Assembly: GCA_032718475.1 (NCBI GenBank)
Contig: JAUCBJ010006879.1
Coordinates: forward strand, 1 to 50,698
Source: Nemertoderma westbladi
Taxonomy: Eukaryota; Animalia; Xenacoelomorpha
DNA length: 50,698 bases
Reading direction: 5' to 3'
Below the pieces are notes generated by a model, which had not been told where the DNA came from, ran no database searches, and was given only the letters and a program-made list of their open reading frames with translations. The position numbers and the translations under genes were made by a program. Shown piece after piece: positions 24,190-35,900 of the stretch; position 1 is the stretch's first letter, and every line of letters starts with the position of its first letter.

Positions 24190-25875
24190 TCATGATGGGG
24201 GAGCTCAGTTTCGCTTCTTTCTGATGCTATGTTTTCAGCCGAAGCCAATGATGATATTGTAATCATCCCACCCATAGAACCGTTAACTGATGATAAAAGA
24301 GTTGATGATATAATAATATAGGGATATATATATATATATAGGGATACTAATATATCCCTAACTATGCCAAAAGAAATAGCTGAAACTGTAGAAATACATC
24401 GTGATATGGATTTGGTTGAGAATGACATTAGTACTGAGGAGGCTACTGATCGACAGCATTGGCAGAAGCAGGACATTACAGGTTGCAGTGTCGAGAAACT
24501 GAATTACCTTACTAATGATTACCATGAACTCGTGGAAACGACTCCTGCTGATATATTTGCCAAAATGTTCACTGAAGAAATGTTTCAGAATTTGGTAGAT
24601 GAAACCATTCGATATTCCCGTGAACACAATGAACACCAGTTCTCCATAACAGTCTCTGAAATGAGAAGTTTTATAGGGCTGTTGTACCACACAGGATATA
24701 ATAATCGGCCACATGAGGATCACTATTGGTCTATATCACTTGATCTACAGCATGCAATATTTCCAAAGATTTTTGGGAGGCCCTGGGAAAGATATTGAGA
24801 ATGATAAACTTTCTAAGATACAGCCTATATATAATTGGCTCATTTCACAATTCAATCAGTTTGAAATAAGGGATGAAAATCTGTCCATAGATGAATCGAT
24901 GGTTCCATACTTTGGTCACCATAGTTTCAAGTAGTTTATCAGAGGTAAACCAATTAGATTGGGTTTCAAGGTCTGGTTTATTTGTTCCTCAAATGGCTAT
25001 CCTTATAATTGTCGGATATATACAGGGAAGAATGCCACATATCGTAGTGATACTACTACTAGGATCGGCATGCTGCATTGCAACTGCATTTTTAATAATG
25101 CTGTGCCGGAGTACATATCGTAGTGATAGATTGGTCATTCTGGATCTCACCATGTCTACTTCGATAACCTGTTAACTTCTGTTGCTCTCCTCTCTGAGCT
25201 AAAGAGGGATGGTTTCCATGCCACTGGTACAATTAGTGAGAACCGAACTGGAAAGTGTCCTCTCCAAGCCTCAATAGACTTGAAGAAGACAAGCAGGGCT
25301 ACATTCGACTACCGATCCAATGGTGAGGTAGTTGTTGTTCGCTGGAATGACAACAGTGTTGTTTCTGTAGCCTCCAAATGTGAGCAGGTATTCCCAACTG
25401 TAAAGACAACTCGAATTGTCAACAAAGTGCTGGGCACCCAGGTTGATCAACCTTCCCTTATAGCATCATATAACCGGGGCATGGGTGGAGTTGACCTCAT
25501 GGATAGACTCCTAGGTTCGTATTGTCCCACAATAAGCATGAAGAAGTGGTGGTGGCCGCTCTTCATTAATGCGATCAATGTTGCCATGGTAGCCGCCTGG
25601 CGTCCAAGTACCCCTTATCTCACCTGGAATTATTATCTCAAGTTGTAAACAGCCTTATTACCATGATGCCCACGAAATGCCCTTCTGGACTGTCATTGGT
25701 AACTCCTGCAGCTGTAAAACGATCAAAGACAGTCGGGGCTCTCCATTCTTTAGTTACAACAACTCAGTTGCGCTGTGGGGTTTGTCAGAAGAACTGCTGG
25801 TGGAGGATGTGCTGTGTCTGCCTGAAGAGGATGCACCTTGATGTTTGCTTTGATAGATTCCACCATATTTCTTGA
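24190..25875 (+). pseudogene. piggyBac (PGBD2/3-like) transposase, disrupted
   Basis: LSIDESMVPYFGHHSFK*FIRGKPIRLGFKVW, HVYFDN, VRWNDNSVVSVAS, YNRGMGGVDLMD, KKWWWPLF and a C-terminal Cys-rich CGVC..CCVC..H..CF..FH; stops, frameshifts and insertions present. Confidence 0.9.
25053..25112 (-). mobile_element. 60-bp extreme 3' end of the RTE family seen at 14317-16268, with a 16-bp TSD
   Basis: Matches ~14319-14374; flanked by ACATATCGTAGTGATA at 25037-25052 and 25113-25128. Confidence 0.9.
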
Positions 25876-26756
25876 ACAGAGTGCATATTGATTTAAGACT
25901 ATATATTTCAACTGTCTGCAATATATATACTAGGATTAGATTAAATACAGTCCTTATTATATTGTAATAACTTAGTTTTATTTTTGCTTAATATAGGTAC
26001 CGTTGTTCCCATAGTGGGAACATCAAAAAATCATGGAAGGCATTAATACAATTTTTTGAAATTTTTATAGGGTCTAAATAGGACAATTTTAATAGCTCAA
26101 AACAAATTGTGGACAATTCTGAACCTGTCTTCCATGAGCAGCGTTTATAATATTTCAGGTTTCTCAGAGGGGCTAGAAATCTTTCATTATTGTCGTACAG
26201 TGGGTTCAAAAATTTTACCACATCACGAAAATTACATGAAATTGTAATGAGAGATTGCATGTTGCTGATGTATATGACACATTAATAAGACATTTAAACG
26301 GCGTATAGACACATCTATGAATAATAAATGTTTAAACATCATCTAACATTCAACAAACAACATATATTTAGATTGAATATAATATATAATATTACATATA
26401 TAAAATATAATAATATAATATTTAATAAGAAATGGCAAGTAAATGAATAATAAAGAGACCAATATCCCGCTGTTTTTAAAAAGTGATATTTATTTCGCAA
26501 ATTTTCGAGTTAGCATTACTCTTAACCCAGCAAAACCCAGACATCTAAAAACTCGATCTAATTCATTCATATTTTCAGAACTAAGTCCACATGGTCTAAC
26601 TTAAACATAGTTTCAACAACAGTATCAAAACTATAACCAATTTCGATTCATTAGGTAGGGTACAAATGTAGAACTTGGGCACTATGGAGGTATTTATATA
26701 TTAATAAAAATAACACCAATTTGTTTATAAAGGATAGACTTTTTGCAATATTGTCG

Positions 26757-27400
26757 ATGTGGGGCGAGACACGTAGTCGGCGAGCCTTGGCATACGGTTC
26801 ATATAGGGCAAATGGGGCATGTCCGTCTGTCTGTCTGTCCGTCTGTCCGTCTGTCTGGTAAATGTTTGAACGCGAATTTCTCGGCATCGCTGGTTCGGAA
26901 TTGAACCAAACTTAGTAGGTAAGTAGTAGAGAGAAAGTTTAGGAAGTTTGTAAAGTTTGGTGAAAAATCATGTAGTCTGACGTCAGCTACGACAGATTAT
27001 GTGGTTTTTAGAAAATGTTAAATTTCTCGGGAAGGCCTCATTTTCCTGAGCTGAAATTTTGGTGGCCTGTAGAGGATCATGAAGTCTATCTTTTACGAAA
27101 TTGAAAAGGTAAGACATTTAATTGGGGATCCGCTAGAGACTCAGAAGTAATGACATAGGCCTACCGGTACGGTACTGCTGTACAGTGCTGCACTGGTAAG
27201 TACGAAATTGCAGAATAACAATTTGACACCACCTAGCGGCTGAGCGGATTAACATATGATTTTATGTAATGAATGAATACATTTATAGCATGGGATATGG
27301 GGTCCAAACTAGACATGCCCCATTTGCTCTATATGAACCGTATGCCAAGGCTTGCCGACTACGTGCTGCGCGAAGTCCCCACGAACGTGTTATTAACTAC
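26757..27400 (+). mobile_element. Non-autonomous Helentron-like element (HINE/DINE-1-type structure)
   Basis: ~65-bp subterminal inverted repeats (26760-26824 / 27313-27382), a (GTCY)n microsatellite just inside the left arm, and a TTGAACCAAACTT motif. Confidence 0.7.
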
Positions 27401-27631
27401 TTATATATTAGGCAACTACTGCACAGTCCTTAATGGGGTTACAAATGTAGACGTTGGGCGCTGCTGGATTTTAATCTAATCATGCTATATATGTAGTTAA
27501 ACAATAGTAATGTTAGTTTCTAAGCAACTACACATATTAAAATTATATTATAATTTAATTGTATTACAGTACGAGTCTCTAAGACGGATCAAAGGTTTGT
27601 GTAAACCATGTGAGTTGACAACTGCATTGTC

Positions 27632-27755
27632 TAATTCTATTGTTAATTATATTGTTAACTCTATTGTTAACTCTATTGTTAACTCTATTGTTAACTCTAT
27701 TGTACAACTCTATTGTACAACTCTATTGTACAACTCTATTGTACAACTCTATTGT
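27632..27755 (+). repeat. Minisatellite switching from a 12-bp unit (AACTCTATTGTT) to a 13-bp unit (ACAACTCTATTGT)
   Basis: Read directly from the sequence. Confidence 0.85.
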
Positions 27756-28167
27756 TTAACTACATTAATAGAATGATTAAGAGATGCCAACTCGAAAATT
27801 TGCGAAATAAATATACCTTTTTAAAAACAGCGGGATATTGGTCTCTTTTTTTTATTTTACTTAGCAATTTTTTATTATTATTAATTGACGGGATTACACA
27901 CCCTGCGGTTGTATTTATTTACTTGAGTTTTATAACATATTTTCAATTCTACTTCTTAAATGTCTCATACAATTTGCCAATCTCACAAACGACTTTATTG
28001 ATCTGTCATTTGTTAGGAAATATACGATAGGATCCAAAACAAGATTTAGATACCAGATGTAATAGGTAGATATGTAAAACGACGGGTTGAGATATTCTAT
28101 TCCAAATATCTGAAAATAAAAAAAATTATATTAATTCCAAAAGGCAAAAATACATGGTCATTAATAA

Positions 28168-28263
28168 AGCTTCTCAATAATGGCAGGGTATTGCCTGATA
28201 ACTTTATAGATGTAAATGTGTCTGAGTCTGCACTCCCAGATATTCTCCATTGGCGATATCTCC
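28168..28263 (+). mobile_element. ~95-bp internal fragment of the same RTE family
   Basis: The reverse complement aligns to ~15896-15991. Confidence 0.8.
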
Positions 28264-29934
28264 GTTGCTGTAAGGGACTTTCGTCATGTGTCTTGAGAAT
28301 ATTGAAAGTTCTTATCCTATTCCGAGTGTTCCACTAGCTGAATATCGACCTCCCCTCCCACTAGACCTCTGGTTTCGTTCAGGCAACGTGCCGTCGGATA
28401 GTACCAGTCGAGGATATGTAGTAGACCCCAGAGGTAGTATCATGAATAATATAGATTGGTTTGACTTACAATGTATATTGTTATGATATTCACTAGTCCT
28501 ATTCTAATATCTCACCATTATTAGTGTCATTGCAAGTACCTTGCGAATAACGTATACACCAATAAACTAATATAAATATATATATAGGCAATGAAAAAGA
28601 AGGTGATATTTGATGCATAATTACACTCAAGAAACTCCACATCCAATATCGACATGTTAAATACACCAAATATTACCAATAACCACTAAACATCTGGCCC
28701 TCTAAGATTAGCACTTCTAATATTAACATCTCAATGTGCAGTTTCAATGCAGAAGGCCAATGATAGTAGTAATAGTATTATTAATTATTTATATTATTTC
28801 ACAAAATAATTTAGAATTTTTATTCATGTTTTAAAAAACCATAGGTTACCTACATCCACAAAGCACGACACACATGGGTGGGCAACTGGGCATGTAGGGG
28901 AAATAGAGGAGGGAATAAAAATGGAATGAGCACAGAGAGTATCAATTACATCAAGTGGTTTTTAAGGATAATCCCCATAGTGCATTACCGGTGCAAACTT
29001 CAATTCTCACACACAGTCAGTGATCTGTATCACCGGTTGCACTCTGAAATTCACTGACTTGCCCAAAAAGTCAACCAACCACAACCGTCAAAACCATGAA
29101 AAGTCAACCAACCACAAAGGTTAAGGGTGAATCTCCAGCTGAACACCTCAATGTTTGGAAGGCCCAATTTGAGAAGCGTCTAAACTGCTTTCATAGACAG
29201 TGCTGACATAGATGGCGTGATCCCTGAGGGGTTTGGAGCTCATTTAACCCATTATTGTGGATATGTATAGGACAAAGAGAGTCCTTCAAGAAATTAAAAC
29301 ATTTTGGCCTCTGTCCCAAATAAAAGCAATGTAGCATCCTATGGATCTTTTCATGGAAATTCGTTAAACTCGATTGCTGCAAATCTATACAATATAATTA
29401 TATTAAGCACACAACTACCTGTTGGGTGGTTCACAGTCAGCAGTGTACCGCTGGCCCTGCGGTACACCACGCGGTGTACCGTTCCATTGAATGTGAACGG
29501 GCCTTTCAATATATATATACCTAACCTTACATACCTACAAGTTACTCTGATCTAGTTAAGCTAAAGCCTTTCCAAAGAAAATAATGACTAGAGATTTCAC
29601 TAATTATTACAACAAACAATGTTGTATGTAAATGTACATTATTAATGATGATTAATGTATGGGGTTGATAGTAAAACTATTTGATGGGGGTGAATCCAGT
29701 TTTATCCGTAACATCCTGGGATGATTTGTAATGCAAAATTCCAGTTCATTTTGCGGTATTTGCACGAATCTTGTCACGAATGCTGAGAGGGTTGAGTGGG
29801 GTAGTTTGGAAATTGGAGAGCTTAAGAGAGTGGGATAGAAGAAATACAAGTGTGAGAAGTGCATGAGTTGTTGGTCTAAGACAACTGGCTAAGCACCATG
29901 ATGGGCCAGGTTTTGTTTGGTATTTCTATATACA

Positions 29935-32900
29935 CTAGAAAGCCTGTGGCCCTTCGGGCCACAGCTTTCTAGTGCACGTGCAGATGATATATGAATATGT
30001 GTGGGAGATTTGAGAACTGCATACGGAATAGACACCATCATTAAATAAAACACCACCCCCATAAGATATAACTGTCAAGTTTCAACTTTAGGCAGATTGT
30101 AAATAACAAAATTTCCAGAAAATGATCACTTTCAGATCCACCCTCTACCTGCGGACTGGTGAAATGCAGACGGCGCTGCAGTTTGGTAAAGATGGGGTTT
30201 ATGGTGAAGTAAAATGCCTGCCTTTCAAGTTTCAGCTTAAACAGATTGTAAATAACAAAATTGGTGTAGATGTTCACATTCAGACATTTCACCCTCTAGC
30301 GGTAGATTGAAGAACTGTAGACGACTCTGGGACTCCGTAAAGATACAGAATATGCTGTAGTAGATTCCTGCCAAGTTCCAGCTCAATAGAATTAAAAAGA
30401 ACCAAATGGGATGAGGTGTTCACTATCAGATATGTCGCCCTCTAGCGGCAGATGGGGGGACTGTATACAACGCTGTGACTCCGTAAAGGTACAGCCTATG
30501 CTGTAGTAGAGGCCTACCAAGTTTCAGTCTAAACCGTTAGTAAATAACAAAGTTGTAGAAGATGTTAACTTTCAGACATTTCACCCTCTAGCGGTAGACT
30601 GGGGAAGTGAATAGGATTCTGCAACCCCGTAAAGATACAGCCTATGATGTAGTAGATACCAACCAAGTTTCAGCTCAAAATGATTAAAAAGAACCAAATG
30701 GGATGAGGTTTTCACTATCAGACAATTCGCCCTCTAGCGGCTGACTGTGGAACTGTAGACGACTCTACTACTCCGCAAAGATATAGCCTATGCTATAGTA
30801 GATGCCTACCAAGTTTCAGTCTAAAAGGATTGTAAATAACAAAGTTGGAGAAGATGTTAACTTTCATACATTTCACCCTCTAGCGGCAGACGCGGGTAAT
30901 GTAGACAACTCTGCGCGACTCAGTAAAGATATAGCCTATGCTGTAGTAGATGCCTACCAAGTTCAGTCTAAATGGATTATAAATAACAAAGTTGGAGAAG
31001 ATGTTAACTTTCAGACATTTCGCCCTCTAGCGGTAGACTGGGGAATTGTAGACGACTCTGCGACTCAGTAAAGATACAGCCTATGCTGTAGTAGATGCCT
31101 ACCAAGTTTCAGTCTAAACGGATTGTAAATAACAAAGTTGGAGAAGATGTTAACTCTCAGACATTTAGCCCTCTAACGGTAGACTGGGGAACTGTGGACA
31201 ACTCAGTGACTCCGGAAATATACAGCCTATGCTGCAGTATATAGCTACCAAGTTTCAGCTCAAAAGCATTAAAAACAACCCAATGAGATCAGGTTTTCAC
31301 TATCGGACAATTCGCCCTCTAGCGGCAGATGGGGAAACTTCAGACGGCTCTGAGTATTACGTTGCAACGAGTTAGGGCAAGACCTATCTAACGAGCTATA
31401 GTAAGCGAGATTTCATCGAGATTAGATGTATAATATTAGATAAAATAATAATACAGTAAGTATAGGCCTACAGAAATAATTATTTTACTTTTAATATTCA
31501 TAACAGTAAAACAAAAATGTTATAAACCTCTCCTTCCATGCAGCCAATGATTGAGAAAGCAGAATTACACTTGAGCAGTTCGCAACAGACAACCCAAACC
31601 CACCCCAATCAACACTACAGCCTGGCTTGCTCCTTATCTGTGCCCAGCTAGCTGCGATTTCAATAATTACCTTAACGTTGCTATGATACAGAAAAAAATC
31701 CTTCCCTATATTCACTACAGCACTAAGAATAGGCCAATTCGATCGTGCTTGGCGAATATGACATATTTATACACTATTTGGTTTTTAATCAATAAATAAT
31801 CATACATATTTATATTAAACACTCGAATAAAATAAAAACTTTGTGAGAATGGGACACGGCGAATCTACTCATGTTAATTTTATACCAGATGGGATAAATG
31901 TTAGCCCTCTAAATAATTAATTACCGATAGAAGAACCGAAATAATTCGATAAATTTCGCCCGAAAATCACGAAAATCGCCCTCTAGCGGCAGACGGGTGA
32001 ACTTCAGACGACTCTGAGTATTACGTTGCAACGAGTTAGAGCGAGACCTTTCTAACGAGCTATAGCAAGCGAGATTTCATCGAGATGGGTTCGATTGTAT
32101 AGCTGATGACAAACAGACAGACAGACAGACAATGCATATTTATATATATTACTAGAAAGCCTGTGGCCCTTCGGGCCACAGCTTTCTAGTGCACGTGCAG
32201 ATGATATATGAATATGTGTGGGAGATTTGAGAACTGCATACGGAACAGACACCATCATTAAATAAAACACCACCCCCATAAGAGATAACTGTCAAGTTTC
32301 AACTTTAGGCAGATTGTAAATAACAAAATTTCCAGAAAATGATCACTTTCAGATCCACCCTCTACCTGCGGACTGGTGAAATGCAGACGGCGCTGCAGTT
32401 TGGTAAAGATGGGGTTTATGGTGAAGTAAAATGCCTGCCTTTCAAGTTTCAGCTTAAACAGATTGTAAATAACAAAATTGGTGTAGATGTTCACATTCAG
32501 ACATTTCACCCTCTAGCGGTAGACTGAAGAACTGTAGACGACTCTGGGACTCCGTAAAGATACAGAATATGCTGTAGTAGATTCCTGCCAAGTTCCAGCT
32601 CAATAGGATTAAAAAGAACCAAATGGGATGAGGTGTTCACTATCAGATATGTCGCCCTCTAGCGGCAGATGGGGGGACTGTATACAACTCTGTGACTCCG
32701 TAAAGGTACAGCCTATGCTGTAGTAGATGCCTACCAAGTTTCAGTCTAAACCGTTAGTAAATAACAAAGTTGGAGAAGATGTTAACTTTCAGACATTTCA
32801 CCCTCTAGCGGTAGACTGGGGAAGTGAATAGGATTCTGCAAACCCGTAAAGATACAGCCTATGATGTAGTAGATACCAACCAAGTTTCAGCTCAAAATGA

Positions 32901-35900
32901 TTAAAAAGAACCAAATGGGATGAGGTATTCACTATCAGAAAATTCGCCCTCTAGCGGCTGACTGTGGAACTGTAGACGACTCTACTACTCCGCAAAGATA
33001 TAGCCTATGCTATAGTAGATGCCTACCAAGTTTCAGTCTAAAAGGATTGTAAATAAGAAAGTTGGAGGAGATGTTAACTTTTATACATTTCGCCATCTAG
33101 CGGCAGACGCGGGTAATGTAGACAACTCTGCGCGACTCAGTAAAGATATAGCCTATGCTGTAGTAGATGCCTACCAAGTTCAGTCTAGATGGATTATAAA
33201 TAACAAAGTTGGAGAAGATGTTAACTTTCAGACATTTCGCCCTCTAGCGGTAGACTGGGGAATTGTAGACGACTCTGCCACTCAGTAAAGATACAGCCTA
33301 TGCTGCAGTATATACCTACCAAGTTTCAGCTCAAAAGCATTAAAAACAACCCAATGAGATCAGGTTTTCACTATCGGACAATTCGCCCTCTAGCGGCAGA
33401 TGGGGAAACTTCAGACGGCTCTGAGTATTACGTTGCAACGAGTTAGGGCAAGACCTATCTAACGAGCTATAGTAAGCGAGATTTCATCGAGATTAGATGT
33501 ATAATATTAGATAAAATAATAATACAGTAAGTATAGGCCTACAGAAATAATTATTTTACTTTTAATATTCATAACAGTAAAACAAAAATGTTATAAACCT
33601 CTCCTTCCATGCAGCCAATGATTGAGAAAGCAGAATTACACTTGAGCAGTTCGCAACAGACAACCCAAACCCACCCCAATCAACACTACAGCCTGGCTTG
33701 CTCCTTATCTGTGCCCAGCTAGCTGCGATTTCAATAATTACCTTAACGTTGCTATGATACAGAAAAAAATCCTTCCCTTTATTCACTACAGCACTAAGAA
33801 TAGGCCAATTCGATCGTGCTTGGCGAATATGACATATTTATACACTATTTGGTTTTTAATCAATAAATAATCATACATATTTATATTAAACACTCGAATA
33901 AAATAAAAACTTTGTGAGAATGGGACACGGCGAATCTACTCATGTTAATTTTATACCAGATGGGATAAATGTTAGCCCTCTAAATAATTAATTACCGATA
34001 GAAGAACCGAAATAATTCGATAAATTTCGCCCGAAAATCACGAAAATCGCCCTCTAGCGGCAGACGGGTGAACTTCAGACGACTCTGAGTATTACGTTGC
34101 AACGAGTTAGAGCGAGACCTTTCTAACGAGCTATAGCAAGCGAGATTTCATCGAGATGGGTTCGATTGTATAGCTGATGACAAACAGACAGACAGACAGA
34201 CAATGCATATTTATATATATTAGATTACTAGAAAGCCTGTGGCCCTTCGGGCCACAGCTTTCTAGTGCACGTGCAGATGATATATGAATATGTGTGGGAG
34301 ATTTGAGAACTGCATACGGAACAGACACCATCATTAAATAAAACACCACCCCCATAAGAGATAACTGTCAAGTTTCAACTTTAGGCAGATTGTAAATAAC
34401 AAAATTTCCAGAAAATGATCACTTTCAGATCCACCCTCTACCTGCGGACTGGTGAAATGCAGACGGCGCTGCAGTTTGGTAAAGATGGGGTTTATGGTGA
34501 AGTAAAATGCCTGCCTTTCAAGTTTCAGCTTAAACAGATTGTAAATAACAAAATTGGTGTAGATGTTCACATTCAGACATTTCACCCTCTAGCGGTAGAC
34601 TGAAGAACTGTAGACAACTCTGGGACTCCGTAAAGATACACAATATGATGTAGTAGATTCCTGCCAAGTTCCAGCTCAATAGGATTAAAAAGAACCAAAT
34701 GGGATGAGGTGTTCACTATCAGATATGTCGCCCTCTAGCGGCAGATGGGGGGACTGTATACAACTCTGTGACTCCGTAAAGGTACAGCCTATGCTGTAGT
34801 AGATGCCTACCAAGTTTCAGTCTAAACCGTTAGTAAATAACAAAGTTGGAGAAGATGTTAACTTTCAGACATTTCACCCTCTAGCGGTAGACTGGGGAAG
34901 TGAATAGGATTCTGCAAACCCGTAAAGATACAGCCTATGATGTAGTAGATACCAACCAAGTTTCAGCTCAAAATGATTAAAAAGAACCAAATGGGATGAG
35001 GTATTCACTATCAGAAAATTCGCCCTCTAGCGGCTGACTGTGGAACTGTAGACGACTCTACTACTCCGCAAAGATATAGCCTATGCTATAGTAGATGCCT
35101 ACCAAGTTTCAGTCTAAAAGGATTGTAAATAATAAAGTTGGAGGAGATGTTAACTTTCATACATTTCGCCCTCTAGCGGCAGACGCGGGTAATGTAGACA
35201 ACTCTGCGCGACTCAGTAAAGATATAGCCTATGCTGTAGTAGATGCCTACCAAGTTCAGTCTAGATGGATTATAAATAACAAAGTTGGAGAAGATGTTAA
35301 CTTTCAGACATTTCGCCCTCTAGCGGTAGACTGGGGAATTGTAGACGACTCTGCCACTCAGTAAAGATACAGCCTATGCTGCAGTATATAGCTACCAAGT
35401 TTCAGCTCAAAAGCATTAAAAACAACCCAATGAGATCAGGTTTTCACTATCGGACAATTCACCCTCTAGCGGCAGATGGGGAAACTTCAGACGGCTCTGA
35501 GTATTACGTTGCAACGAGTTAGGGCAAGACCTATCTAACGAGCTATAGTAAGTGAGATTTCATCGAGATTAGATGTATAATATTAGATAAAATAATAATA
35601 CAGTAAGTATAGGCCTACAGAAATAATTATTTTACTTTTAATATTCATAACAGTAAAACAAAAATGTTATAAACCTCTCCTTCCATGCAGCCAATGATTG
35701 AGAAAGCAGAATTACACTTGAGCAGTTCGCAACAGACAACCCAAACCCACCCCAATCAACACTACAGCCTGGCTTGCTCCTTATCTGTGCCCAGCTAGCT
35801 GCGATTTCAATAATTACCTTAACGTTGCTATGATACAGAAAAAAATCCTTCCCTATATTCACTACAGCACTAAGAATAGGCCAATTCGATCGTGCTTGGC

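Noticed and set aside
29060-29880. Possible coding remnants left of the Helitron array
   Set aside because: Short broken frames with no motif I can assign.
30290-31330. Regularly spaced conserved motif resembling a CRISPR array
   Set aside because: The intervening sequences are homologous to each other (146-bp tandem subrepeats), not unique spacers. The context is eukaryotic and there are no cas genes.
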